Shown here in pieces: positions 38,222 to 47,882 of a DNA stretch of 56,477 nucleotides. The DNA lies in the NCBI GenBank assembly GCA_036496065.1, contig DASXLU010000065.1, positions 1 through 56,477 on the forward strand, given 5' to 3'. Position 1 is the stretch's first letter, and every line of letters begins with the position of its first letter. The notes below the pieces were generated by a model. It was not told where the DNA came from and did not search any database. It saw only the letters and a program-made list of their open reading frames with translations. Made by a program: the position numbers and the translations under genes. Origin of the DNA: Candidatus Acidiferrum sp. (GTDB lineage Bacteria; Acidobacteriota; Terriglobia; Acidiferrales; UBA7541).

Positions 38222-38363
38222 TCCGGACCTCCGAAAAAGTCGTGAAACACTTGCCAGGCACAAGAATTTGTTGCGGCGCATGGCCCACGGCAACATAGCG
38301 CCGCCTTTTGAGGATGTAAAGGTTAGGAGCGGATTTTTGAGAGCTACTAATGCAGGGAATTAG

Positions 38364-39659
38364 CTATTCCAGAGCGTAGAGCGACCCGTCGGTGCTGCCA
38401 ACGTAGACCACACCTTTGTTTACGACGGGCGACGAAATGATCGCGCCCACGGAAAATTGCCGATAAACGCCAAGGTACATGTCTTCGAAGTCGTGAAAGG
38501 TTGGAGCAAAGGTGTTCTGGGTGAATGAGCCATCTGCCTCCAGAACCTTGAGTTCATCCTTTTGGGCGGCGTCGGTGCGGAATTCCCACGACTGTTTTCC
38601 CGACTTCAGGTCAATTGCATGCAGCGCTCCGTTGAACGTGCCGAAATACGCAAGATCGGACGCCAGAGCGGGAGAAGAGACGATGCATCCCTTGGCATCC
38701 AACGCGTAGCGAAGACGTCCCGTCCTGGCGTCTACGGCATGAAATCTGTGGCTATCGCAGGTGCCGGCGTACACTACTCCGTCGCGGACGGCCGGAGTCG
38801 TGTTTACCCACGACTGGCTGGCGGAGTAGTCCCACTTCTTGCGACCTGTCGCGGCGTCGAAGGCATAAAGATGGCCGTCGCGGCAGCCAACGTAAACGAT
38901 GCCCTCAACAACAGCCGCGGAAGACTGGAAGCCTACCTGGTTGTGAATGACGGGATCTTCTCCAGCCTTGTAGCGCCATTTTTCCTGCCCAGAGTCGGCG
39001 TCAATGGCATAGAAATAGCTGTCCCAACTCCCGATGTAGACGACATTGTTGGCGATGGTCGGCGATGCGTGGACGATGTCGCCGGTCGGAAATTTCCAGA
39101 TCAGCACGCCAGTGTGCGCATCGATCGCGTAAACATTTCCGTCGCCCGAGCCAACATAAACCCGGCCATTGAACACAGCGGGCGACGAAGTGAGAAAATC
39201 GAAGGGATCCGGAATGGTCTGATCGTTGGGCATCGTGCCGTGAAGCCCTTTGGCCTGGAATCTTCGCTCCTGCTCCATGGCGAATCGCCATTTGGGCTTG
39301 CCAGTGCTGGCGTCCACGGCATACACCGCGGCTTCATAATTCGTGAAGTAGACCAAGCCGTCCGCAACTGCCGGGGACGAGGAAATCGGTTGGGCGGTAC
39401 CAAAATGCCATTTTTCTTTTCCGGTTTCCTGATCCACGGCATAGAGTTTGCCGTCAGAACTGCCGAAGAAAATCACCCCTTCCGAAATGGCGGGCGAGGA
39501 AAGAACGGGCCCTTCTGTTTTGAAGGTCCACTTCACACCTCGTAGTTCTTTGGGGCCTGCCGAATCGAACACGCCGGTTCGCGCCAGATTTGCATGAAAG
39601 GTACTTTGGGCGGGAGTGCGAACGGCTAGCAAGAGAAGAACCCAGAGGGCTCGTTTCAT
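38364..39659 (-). CDS. secreted PQQ-binding-like beta-propeller protein
   Basis: Repeated SSPA..VY.GS.DG.LYA.DA.TG..KW blades; GGAG RBS. Confidence 0.92.
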   Translation of the reverse strand: MKRALWVLLLLAVRTPAQSTFHANLARTGVFDSAGPKELRGVKWTFKTEGPVLSSPAISEGVIFFGSSDGKLYAVDQETGKEKWHFGTAQPISSSPAVADGLVYFTNYEAAVYAVDASTGKPKWRFAMEQERRFQAKGLHGTMPNDQTIPDPFDFLTSSPAVFNGRVYVGSGDGNVYAIDAHTGVLIWKFPTGDIVHASPTIANNVVYIGSWDSYFYAIDADSGQEKWRYKAGEDPVIHNQVGFQSSAAVVEGIVYVGCRDGHLYAFDAATGRKKWDYSASQSWVNTTPAVRDGVVYAGTCDSHRFHAVDARTGRLRYALDAKGCIVSSPALASDLAYFGTFNGALHAIDLKSGKQSWEFRTDAAQKDELKVLEADGSFTQNTFAPTFHDFEDMYLGVYRQFSVGAIISSPVVNKGVVYVGSTDGSLYALE

Positions 39660-39941
39660 CGAAGGACTCCCTGGACATACGAAGACAGCGATTGCCGGTT
39701 TAGACGGAATGCGAACTCAATCGGTAAGCCATCGCGAAAAGGGGCAAGTAGGGTCGACGGAATGTCGAGCCGAATGTGTTCGTTGGCGTACCCTGCTTGT
39801 GTCTAACTGGAAATTGCCGGGAACACCACAGGGCTTCGCGGTGTCTGAACAATGTGCTGCAATCCGTCGTATCTTCAGACAAGAGGCACGCTGCACGGGC
39901 TCGACCTTTGCGCGCCTTCCACTATGAGGAGCGTCGGGTCC

Positions 39942-40310
39942 ATGACTCGGGACACGGCTTTGCGTCGCGCCGAACGCAGGCGGTCGCCTCGTTACCACTT
40001 CCAGGCCCCATTGGAGATTGAATGGGGATCCGCACGCCTCCGCGCCCGCACACGAGATATCAGCGAAAACGGCATGTTTATCGAGTCCGAGGATCTTCTT
40101 TGGGTAGGTGCTGGCTTTCGCGCCAGGCTTGCCACGGAACGGCCGGTGTGGCTCGATTGCTCGGTGAAGCGCGTGGAACCTGGGCGCGGCATGGGCGTGA
40201 GCATCGCGGTTTCGCAAAATCAGCCGCAAGCGCATTATCAGGATTTACTCTCGCAACTCGCGGCATCTTCCTCGCCGCCGTATACTAATGGAGATGAGAC
40301 GCTGCCTTGA
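39942..40310 (+). CDS. PilZ-domain protein
   Basis: ERRRSPR (RxxxR) and DISENG (DxSxxG) motifs; GAGGAG RBS. Confidence 0.88.
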   Translation: MTRDTALRRAERRRSPRYHFQAPLEIEWGSARLRARTRDISENGMFIESEDLLWVGAGFRARLATERPVWLDCSVKRVEPGRGMGVSIAVSQNQPQAHYQDLLSQLAASSSPPYTNGDETLP

Positions 40311-40992
40311 TTGTGGAGCGGAGCGCACCACGGACCCTTGTCCCGCGTGCGGGTTAACCTCAGCCGCCGCCGAATACGTCTTCCGCCGCCGCCTGATCAC
40401 ACAAACCGCCATCTTCCTCGCTGGATCCCTGTTGTTTCCGTACGTCAGCCAGATATATCCGCCGCTCGACGCGGATGCGATGCTGGTTTTTTTCGGGATT
40501 GTGTTTTTCGGCGCCCTCGCCCTGGCCATTTTCCTCGATCGCCGCGCACGAGCGCGCAAAGACCTGGAAGTGCTGAAGCATCTCTTCATGGGGCTGATAC
40601 CGATTCCATTCATCCTTTCGGCGGGGCTGTTTCTGAACGGACGGCTCGATTCTGCAAAAAACGTTGCTTACCATCCGTCCACGGTTGTGGGCCGCTATCA
40701 AATGAAGGGAATCGTGCGCGGCACTCGGCGTCTGTTCGTTTATTCCTGGCGCTCCGGCCGGCGATACGAGCGACTGGCAGTGGATTTCGACGATTACGAT
40801 CGGTTTCAGGAAGGCGACAAGATCAATGTTGGGGTTGAGCCGGGCGCGCTAGGCATTCCGTGGTTCTATGGCGTGTACCGAGCCGATCAGCCACACGGGT
40901 TGACTCCATCACACATTGGGGCGGCAAATTCTTTGAACGGGCAAGACGCTTCGCCGTCGGCTGGCGGTGCCACTATGAAGCGCGATCAGTAG
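40288..40992 (+). CDS. membrane protein with N-terminal zinc ribbon
   Basis: CLDC..CPACG, three TMs, C-terminal beta-rich domain ending GALGIPW. Confidence 0.75.
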   Translation: MEMRRCLDCGAERTTDPCPACGLTSAAAEYVFRRRLITQTAIFLAGSLLFPYVSQIYPPLDADAMLVFFGIVFFGALALAIFLDRRARARKDLEVLKHLFMGLIPIPFILSAGLFLNGRLDSAKNVAYHPSTVVGRYQMKGIVRGTRRLFVYSWRSGRRYERLAVDFDDYDRFQEGDKINVGVEPGALGIPWFYGVYRADQPHGLTPSHIGAANSLNGQDASPSAGGATMKRDQ

Positions 40993-41444
40993 ATTGGGCG
41001 TCCGGTAGGTCCGAGAGGCAACTGCAATTCCAGAAAGTACCCGTCTTTCCCTAACCTGAAACGCACGCGCACCAGATTGCCGACGTTGCGCTCTTTCCAT
41101 TCCGGCGTTTCAATGGGTTTCTCGGGTAAATCCGCGAAGGACCACTCCACCGTGTCGTTCTTCACGTTCACTTTTTGTGGATCGATGTCGTAGGCTTCCT
41201 GTTCCACTGTATCGACCAGCAGATAGCGCTTCCATACGCGTACCAGCAGCACTCCCTTTTTCTCGGAGTGGTAAATGTTCCAGGATTTCGGCGCGTCATC
41301 GTTGAATTTGACGATGGCGAAAGCCACTTGCTGCCAAACCAATTTTTTGGCTGCATCGGTTTGTGCGCTGCTTGGCTTTACGGCGATTGCGAAAAGCAAA
41401 ATCACGGCAGCAGTGCACAATGAGGTCCGCAAGGTTTGTATCAT
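40986..41444 (-). CDS. hypothetical secreted protein
   Basis: ATGA overlap with the DinB-family stop; signal peptide ..PSSA/Q. Confidence 0.75.
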   Translation of the reverse strand: MIQTLRTSLCTAAVILLFAIAVKPSSAQTDAAKKLVWQQVAFAIVKFNDDAPKSWNIYHSEKKGVLLVRVWKRYLLVDTVEQEAYDIDPQKVNVKNDTVEWSFADLPEKPIETPEWKERNVGNLVRVRFRLGKDGYFLELQLPLGPTGRPIY

Positions 41445-41974
41445 TTGCCGAAGCCGGATTCTCGCCACAACGTGCCCCACTCCCACAGACCGAAATTTAT
41501 TTTCGGCGGCAGGGGATGGCCGACCTGATGAGCAAGCATGGAAATCTGTCCGCGGTGGTGAGAATCGTGCGCGATCATGTAGCCGACGAAGCCCACTACG
41601 TCCGGCTTGAAATTGGGAACTTTGCCTTCCGGACTGTCCGCGCCTTTTTGAATGAGTTCCTGGATCGCCAGCGCGCTGCTCTTCAGCGCCGCCTGGACCT
41701 GCGCGGGAGTCGCCTTATCGGGATCCAGCTTGGCGGCCACCTTGGCGTTTTTGTCCGCAGCGGAAAGCCACATCAGGCGAACATGGTGGATGTGTACGGC
41801 GATGTCCGCGATGGAGCGGCCCTTGCCCGATGGGGGTGGCGCTTGCCATGCAGCATCTTCAATATTTGCCAAAAGCAGCTGATTGGCCCTTTCGTTGGTC
41901 GCAAAGGCTTCGACGATCGATTTCTTGAAATCAAGCGTGGAAGGTTTTGCCGCGGGCGCGGTCATGGATCGCAT
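41441..41974 (-). CDS. DinB-superfamily protein
   Basis: SIADIAVHIHHVR and HDSHHRGQ His-triad motifs. Confidence 0.92.
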   Translation of the reverse strand: MRSMTAPAAKPSTLDFKKSIVEAFATNERANQLLLANIEDAAWQAPPPSGKGRSIADIAVHIHHVRLMWLSAADKNAKVAAKLDPDKATPAQVQAALKSSALAIQELIQKGADSPEGKVPNFKPDVVGFVGYMIAHDSHHRGQISMLAHQVGHPLPPKINFGLWEWGTLWRESGFGK

Positions 41975-42051
41975 AAAGGATTTACCTCGGATTGAGCGCT
42001 ACAGGAAAAGTGTACGATATTCCGACTTTTGCTGCTTACGGGCGCGGTACA

Positions 42052-44055
42052 TCAGTCTTTTTGCACGATGCCAGTAATGCCGGCGATGAACAGGGTGGCA
42101 AGAATCCAGCCGAGGAGCACCTGGAGTCGCAGAAAAACGAAAAGCAGGCGTGATGTTCCTGCGGCGTTCGAATTGGCTGGAGTCGGGTTGGGCTGCCAGT
42201 AATCAGTCTGACCCAATTTCACGAGCGGAAGGGAATTTTCCAGCGAGAAAACCAGCGGACTAAAGGGTTCGTAGTGACTCGGTGGGACCCCTTTTTCCTT
42301 GAAGAAGGCGTAGGCCTTTTCGTCTTTAGGAGTCATGGCTTTGTGAGCCGCAGCGCCTGCGTAGACCCCCCAACCGATGGAGACGAGGATCAGCAGGCCA
42401 AGCAGCGCCCGAAGGGGATAGTAGCCGTAGCCCACGACCAGGCTCAACGGCCAGCCTAGCAATACGCGACTGATACTGTGCTCTTCCTGCCAGAGCCGGC
42501 TCTCCATTCTGTACAGCACACGAAGACTGCCGCGTTCGACTCCTGCATCACTCATTACCTTGGCGAGTTGCCGGTAAGGCTGCGGTGTAAACGGTTGCTG
42601 CAGTTCGACCCACTCGATACGAGTTTTCGCGTCGGTCATCCCACTGGCGATATGCGCGTACACGAAGCCATCTAAATCCAGTCTGCCTTGTGTAGGCCAA
42701 CTCGTTTTTTCATCCTGTATGGCGCCTGCAGTGGCACTGCGCAAATTCAGGAATACTCGCTCGGGTTCGCGGACGCCGGTCCAGACAAGAGTTCCTTTGA
42801 TCAAGGCGTTTACGAAGCGAACTTCACCTTCCCCGCTGAATCCGTTGCGCAGCAGTACATTTCCCAGCACAGTGACGCGATCGGCATTGAGCGCTTTGCC
42901 GCCATTATTTCGAAACGTTCCGCCGTCGCACTCCAGGTTGTCGCCGATCTGTGCGCCCAGCAAATTCACTTCGCCTTCCGCAGCAAAGCCACTTCGCAAA
43001 TAAACGAACCCGCGCACATTGATCCCGTCGCCATTCAAAGCCCGGCCGCTAGCATTCTTGAAAATAGCCGCGTCGCAAGCCAGATTGTTGCCGATCAACG
43101 CTCCGGGGAGATTCACTTCGCCTTCCGACTGGAATCCATTGCTGAGCAAAACGTTTCCCTGGGTATCGATGCGGTCGGCATTCAGCGATATCCCTCCCGC
43201 ATTCTTGAATTGTCCGGCGTTGCACTCCAAATTGCCGCCGATTTTAGAGCCGAGAAGGCGTACTTCGCCTTCCGCCACGAAGCCGTCGCGCAAAAACACG
43301 CTGCCATGTACGACCATGCGATCGGCACTGAGAGCTTTGCCGGCCGCGTTTCGAAAAGTGCCGACATTGCATTCCAGATTGCCGCCGATTTGCGCACCAA
43401 GCAGTCGGACTTCGCCTTCGGATTGAAAACCGTTCCTAAGGAATATGCTGCCTTGCACATTCACGCGGTCAGCGCGAAGTGCCTTGCCCGAAGGATTCTT
43501 GAACGTCCCCGCTCCACAATCCAGATTGCTGCCGATTTGCGTTCCAACCAGGTTGACTTCGCCCTCGGCGCGAAATCCGTTGCTCAGCGAAAGCGTGCCT
43601 TTCACCACCGCGGATTCCGCCTGCAGGGAGCGCACCCAGCTGCCTGAAAAACTAATTGTCGGTATTTCAAGGAAACGAAGCTTGGTTTCTTCTTGCAGCC
43701 CACAGCAGCACAAAGACACGGGGAAAGGCACAGCTACAAACGACAAATCCAGTTCGCCTTCAATTTTCGCACCGTGCGCCTGAATCCCTCGAGGATCAAT
43801 CAATTCGCGAGCATTGCGGTCCACGCAGAGCCAGCGAATCAGCGCGGCGCGAATACTGCGCTCGGCTCCCCAGTTATTTGCTCTTCGTGCATCATTGGCC
43901 GGATCGAAGTCTTTGCGGTTCGGGCCACACGATGCCACTTCACCTTGTGGCGCTGCGCGCAATAATTTCTCTTCGGCTTCGCGAAGGGGCGCAAACTTCG
44001 CCTGAGCCAGTTCCAGAAGATCGTCAGGTCGCGCGATAGAGGGAAGGGCCGTCAT
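42052..44055 (-). CDS. membrane-anchored protein with 49-aa tandem repeats (beta-solenoid-like)
   Basis: Six GEV-containing units at 147-bp period; QPYRQLA, GYGY.P, YEPFSPLVFSLENSLPLV and TM helices at the C-terminus; start uncertain. Confidence 0.85.
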   Translation of the reverse strand: MTALPSIARPDDLLELAQAKFAPLREAEEKLLRAAPQGEVASCGPNRKDFDPANDARRANNWGAERSIRAALIRWLCVDRNARELIDPRGIQAHGAKIEGELDLSFVAVPFPVSLCCCGLQEETKLRFLEIPTISFSGSWVRSLQAESAVVKGTLSLSNGFRAEGEVNLVGTQIGSNLDCGAGTFKNPSGKALRADRVNVQGSIFLRNGFQSEGEVRLLGAQIGGNLECNVGTFRNAAGKALSADRMVVHGSVFLRDGFVAEGEVRLLGSKIGGNLECNAGQFKNAGGISLNADRIDTQGNVLLSNGFQSEGEVNLPGALIGNNLACDAAIFKNASGRALNGDGINVRGFVYLRSGFAAEGEVNLLGAQIGDNLECDGGTFRNNGGKALNADRVTVLGNVLLRNGFSGEGEVRFVNALIKGTLVWTGVREPERVFLNLRSATAGAIQDEKTSWPTQGRLDLDGFVYAHIASGMTDAKTRIEWVELQQPFTPQPYRQLAKVMSDAGVERGSLRVLYRMESRLWQEEHSISRVLLGWPLSLVVGYGYYPLRALLGLLILVSIGWGVYAGAAAHKAMTPKDEKAYAFFKEKGVPPSHYEPFSPLVFSLENSLPLVKLGQTDYWQPNPTPANSNAAGTSRLLFVFLRLQVLLGWILATLFIAGITGIVQKD
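42800..43620 (-). repeat. intragenic 147-bp tandem repeat, about six copies (boundaries approximate)
   Basis: cttcgccttc-like anchor at 42822, 42969, 43116, 43263, 43410 and 43557. Confidence 0.85.
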
Positions 44056-44149
44056 GGCTCGGAGATTATGCCATGCGTTATACCACGCCGCGAAAATGTC
44101 CGGCAATGAAGGCGGCCGGGGGAACGAAGCGGCGGATAGCACGCTACAC

Positions 44150-44193
44150 AAAAAAACTCAGTGAGCCGCAGGCTGGGCGGAGCGGCTCACTGA
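44150..44193 (-). terminator. intrinsic terminator of the Crp/Fnr gene
   Basis: TCAGTGAGCCGC-N12-GCGGCTCACTGA with an A run on +. Confidence 0.85.
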
Positions 44194-44210
44194 ACGGTAC
44201 AGGGGGACAC

Positions 44211-44999
44211 CTAACTGGCTGCGAGGTCTTCGAGTGCAGCCTTGTTGTGGACGAGCAGGGTCGCTCCGTTTAGCTCGACCAATCGCTGCCTCTTGAAACC
44301 GCTGAGCGTACGGCTCACAGTTTCGCGCGAGCATCCGATGCGCTGGGCAATTTCTTCGTGGGTCAAAGCCAGCTTAACCTTGAGGATTCCATCCATCACG
44401 CGACCACCTGAGGCACACTCCATCAGGAAACGCGCGAGCTTTTCCGTGGCCGAATTGCTCAGGCCAATGGAACGAATCACGTCATACGCGGAGTGGCAAT
44501 CGCGGCCGAGATGCTGGGCTACCTGGAGACATGCATCGGCATTGTCGCGGATAAAGACAAGGAAATCTTCGCGGCTGATGTAGGCCATTTGGCAAGGCTG
44601 CAACGTCTCGACAGTAATCTCATAAGGCTTGCCGGCTAGCACCGAATTCAGGCCCAGGATCTCTCCCGGTTGAGCAATCTTCACAATCAGGGTCTTTCCG
44701 TCGCTGTTGGTGGTCAGCAGCTTTGCGCGACCCTGGCACAAGATGTGGACGCCCCGCGCCATATCCCCTTCCATGAAAATCAGTGCGCCGTCCGGGTAGG
44801 AAGTGACGTGGTTGATGCGTTCCAGCGCTTTCGTAGCGCGTTCCGATAGCTTGCAAAAGTAATTATTCTCACTGATTGTGCAGGTACTGCAATTCTCGGC
44901 TACCGGCAATCCATAGGGTGTGTGCGCTTTCGGACGGGGCTGGAGAGCGGTGCGAAAACTGTTCATGGTCGGTCTCGGGGCGGTTAGCGTGGTCGACAT
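44211..44999 (-). CDS. Crp/Fnr-family regulator with N-terminal Cys cluster
   Basis: CSTC-x8-C, cNMP-type barrel (PGEILG), LTHEEIAQRIGCSRETVSR HTH; AGGA RBS. Confidence 0.93.
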   Translation of the reverse strand: MSTTLTAPRPTMNSFRTALQPRPKAHTPYGLPVAENCSTCTISENNYFCKLSERATKALERINHVTSYPDGALIFMEGDMARGVHILCQGRAKLLTTNSDGKTLIVKIAQPGEILGLNSVLAGKPYEITVETLQPCQMAYISREDFLVFIRDNADACLQVAQHLGRDCHSAYDVIRSIGLSNSATEKLARFLMECASGGRVMDGILKVKLALTHEEIAQRIGCSRETVSRTLSGFKRQRLVELNGATLLVHNKAALEDLAAS

Positions 45000-45203
45000 C
45001 TTTGAATCCTTTCTACTTTCGTGCGCTGGGCCGTACACCAATGGGAAAGGCAATCGAGATGCCGTTGTTGACGCGGGGTGGCTGTTGTGGGACGTAGCAA
45101 ATAACCCTAGTAAAATGAGCTTATTCGGCGATTGCAAGAAGATGGAGGGGTTAGACGGACAAGATCTCAGACGGAGGGTACTGGGTCATATGCCACAGGA
45201 CTG

Positions 45204-45219
45204 TGTGACATCCATCACT
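45204..45219. promoter_or_regulatory. CRP-like box
   Basis: TGTGA-catcca-TCACT, one mismatch from TGTGA-N6-TCACA, about 200 bp upstream of the Crp/Fnr gene. Confidence 0.5.
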
Positions 45220-45681
45220 CCAACCGCAGCCTTACATCGCACAATTTGACGCTTTTCAGCATCGAAAAAGGGCCGATAAAACCACTTTCCGCGGGCCAAT
45301 TGAGCCTTTACGTTGCACTTTAGGGTTGAGCCAGTGCTTGTTCGAAGTGAGAACGCCGCGTTCTTGTCGGTTTCTGAAATTCCGTTTGGCACCACGTTGG
45401 GCATTTACACCTTGGTCGTTCTGCTTCCTGTGCGAGCCGTCCGCTCCTGAGCTTATTCCATTCGAATGAACGAACGTATCTATGCATGTCTCTGGATGTC
45501 GTATCGGTAGATTGCCGTATTGTTCTCCACAGAGCACCGTTTTGTAATCGGTGCGTGAATGCACGACCGCCAGTTCGCGATAGCCGGATGAGTTTTATGA
45601 GAAGGTGAACGATCCACAATAAATCTCTATAGCGCTGATTAATTCCCCCACCCGGATTCTTCAGAGGAGGGAACTAATTCA

Positions 45682-46125
45682 ATGGAGCGCAAACCGAAAG
45701 TTCTATTTTTTTCGACGGGGGACGCATCAAGAAGCCAGATGGCCGAAGGATTCTTGCGCCGTTTTGCTGGCAACGAACTGATTGGAGTCAGCACCGCAGT
45801 GCTGTCTCCGGAAGCGGACCCTCTGACTGGCGAAGTTATGCGCGAGGTCGGAGTAGACATTTCCACGCAGCGCGCGAAAAATGTCGCAGAGTCGCTGAAG
45901 GAACACTTTGCTTATGTGGTTACTGTTTGCGACGCGTCGCGCGAACGGTTTCCCATCTGGCCATTCACTCGCAACCTGATTCACTGGAGTTTGACGGACC
46001 CGGAAGGCTTCAAAGGATCGGCGGAAGAGAAACGAGAGACATTTCGCCTGGTGCGCGACGAAACCGCTCGACGAGTCAGTGAATTTGTGGCGCAGGTCAA
46101 GCCTCAGTTGGCTGCAAACTCCTGA
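45682..46125 (+). CDS. ArsC/LMW-PTP-fold protein lacking the catalytic Cys
   Basis: VLFFSTGDASRSQMAEG, VMREVGVDIS, VTVCD, HWSLTDP, FRLVRD; GAGGAGG RBS. Confidence 0.88.
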   Translation: MERKPKVLFFSTGDASRSQMAEGFLRRFAGNELIGVSTAVLSPEADPLTGEVMREVGVDISTQRAKNVAESLKEHFAYVVTVCDASRERFPIWPFTRNLIHWSLTDPEGFKGSAEEKRETFRLVRDETARRVSEFVAQVKPQLAANS

Positions 46126-46349
46126 GCTGTGAGCTGAGTTCGTCAAAATGCGAAATCGTCCCTGAGTACGAATGGGCTAGGTAAAGGTCTGGATAGACTG
46201 ATCTGCTGCAAGAACGCATAAGGAGTTAGGAGGAGAACATTTAGCACGCTTGGCTGATGAACAGGGTGCGTTAAAGCGCCGGGCCGGGGGCCATCGTCAG
46301 TAGCGCGGGAACGGCCTGCAGCGATTTACGAAGGTTTAGGAGCCATCTC

Positions 46350-46649
46350 ATGGACCGCGAGCGTCCATTCCAAACCGCGATATGTGCCGAATACGAAGCG
46401 TTGTTGCACAAATGCAAATCGGCTCAGGACGAGTGGCAAGATAGAGAAGAGAAGTCAACACAAAACAATCCAGGCGCTACTGAACAAGATCAAGTGCTGG
46501 TGCGCCTACGTGAATATTATGAGCGGCTGTTCGGCAGGCTCGTGGACCATTACGAACGTTGCGAAATTTGTCAGTTTGCTCAGCGGGCCGGCGGAAAAAC
46601 GCCGCCCAGGCACTCACGCCCAGTTCGAGTTCGAAAACGGTCGGCATGA
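46350..46649 (+). CDS. hypothetical helical protein with Cys/His ends
   Basis: AGGAG RBS; C-x9-C and H-x3-C-x2-C. Confidence 0.7.
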   Translation: MDRERPFQTAICAEYEALLHKCKSAQDEWQDREEKSTQNNPGATEQDQVLVRLREYYERLFGRLVDHYERCEICQFAQRAGGKTPPRHSRPVRVRKRSA

Positions 46650-46901
46650 GCCGATATCGCTCATTGGTCATTTCCATTCGAAATCTTGGTAGGGTTTCCA
46701 GCCGCCGATCAATGCCCTCTAGTGTACCTACAGCATTCTTGCGATAGCTGACCCAAGCCGTTGCGACGTAAGGTTAAGGCAGTAGCGCGTACATGGTTTG
46801 GGGGGGAAGGCTTGGCTCAAAAGCAATTTTCGTTGCACAAGCCAAGCAGGTGGGTGCTTCGAACTTACGACCCGGACCCTACGTTCAACCCATCGCCTAG
46901 C

Positions 46902-47729
46902 GTGCGGGATACCCTATCCGCATTCATGCGCCGGATCTGGAGCGAATGGGACCTGGCTCTGGCCATGAACATGTCGGCGCAGGTCTCGTTCTACTTTGCG
47001 CTTTCGTGCTTTCCGTTTTTGTTGGTCATCGCATCGCTGCTTGGCTGGATTCACCGGACATCGAATTGGTATGCCTTCTGGTACTGGCTGACCAATTATC
47101 TGCCTACGAGTGCGCAGGATACCGTGCTCCTCATTATGTTGAACCTCTCCAAGGGATTTGGCGGGTACTTGTCGTTTGGCGTGTTGCTGACGATATGGAG
47201 CGCGTCAACCGGTTTTCTGAGTCTGATGGATGCTTTGTCGCAGGTATACGGGGATGTAGAAACGCGCAGCTATGCGCGACGTCGCATGATCGCGATATGC
47301 GCAACATTTGTAGCAGCGATGTTTCTGGTTTCATGTTTTGGGATTTGGAGCGCGGGCCATCTGGCGGCTTCGTTCATTTTTCGATACTCGGTTTATTTTA
47401 ATTCTCAGTGGAAGCTGATTCGCTGGATTGTGACGCTGGCGATGATTCTGCTAAGCGTGGACCTGATGAATTATTTTCTACCAGCCAAACGGCCGCCGTG
47501 GCGCTGGGTGATGCCAGGTTCGGCGCTCACGGTATTTTGTTTTTTGGTGGCGAGCGCACTACTGAAACTGTACGTACGTCACAATCCGGATATTTCGCGC
47601 ATTTATGGGACACTGACAGGCTTCATTGTCGTGATGCTGTGGATTTATTTGGCGAATCTGAGTCTGCTCTTGGGCGCGCAAGCCGACGCTGCCCTAACGG
47701 AGTTAAAGGCGGGGCGCTCTGGCCCCTAG
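46902..47729 (+). CDS. YihY/BrkB-family membrane protein
   Basis: SAQVSFYFALSCFP, WSASTG, PGS, YGTLTG.IV.MLWIYL..LLLGA; start uncertain (46761, 46902 or 46926). Confidence 0.9.
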   Translation: MRDTLSAFMRRIWSEWDLALAMNMSAQVSFYFALSCFPFLLVIASLLGWIHRTSNWYAFWYWLTNYLPTSAQDTVLLIMLNLSKGFGGYLSFGVLLTIWSASTGFLSLMDALSQVYGDVETRSYARRRMIAICATFVAAMFLVSCFGIWSAGHLAASFIFRYSVYFNSQWKLIRWIVTLAMILLSVDLMNYFLPAKRPPWRWVMPGSALTVFCFLVASALLKLYVRHNPDISRIYGTLTGFIVVMLWIYLANLSLLLGAQADAALTELKAGRSGP

Positions 47730-47882
47730 CCTCGAGCGGAAACTCAGGGCATGAATGGTATTCGCGAAAGTGGCCAAGAGTTTTACAAATGTTAAAATGT
47801 AGTCCTGCCCAGACCATTGCTTGAATCAATCCAGACGCTGTGAGTTGTCTTGTTTGGCCATTCCATTCGATAAGGTTAACGA

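Noticed and set aside
45138-45640. Short ORFs in the long Crp/ArsC intergenic region
   Set aside because: No RBS, motif or convincing composition; no recognisable RNA structure by eye
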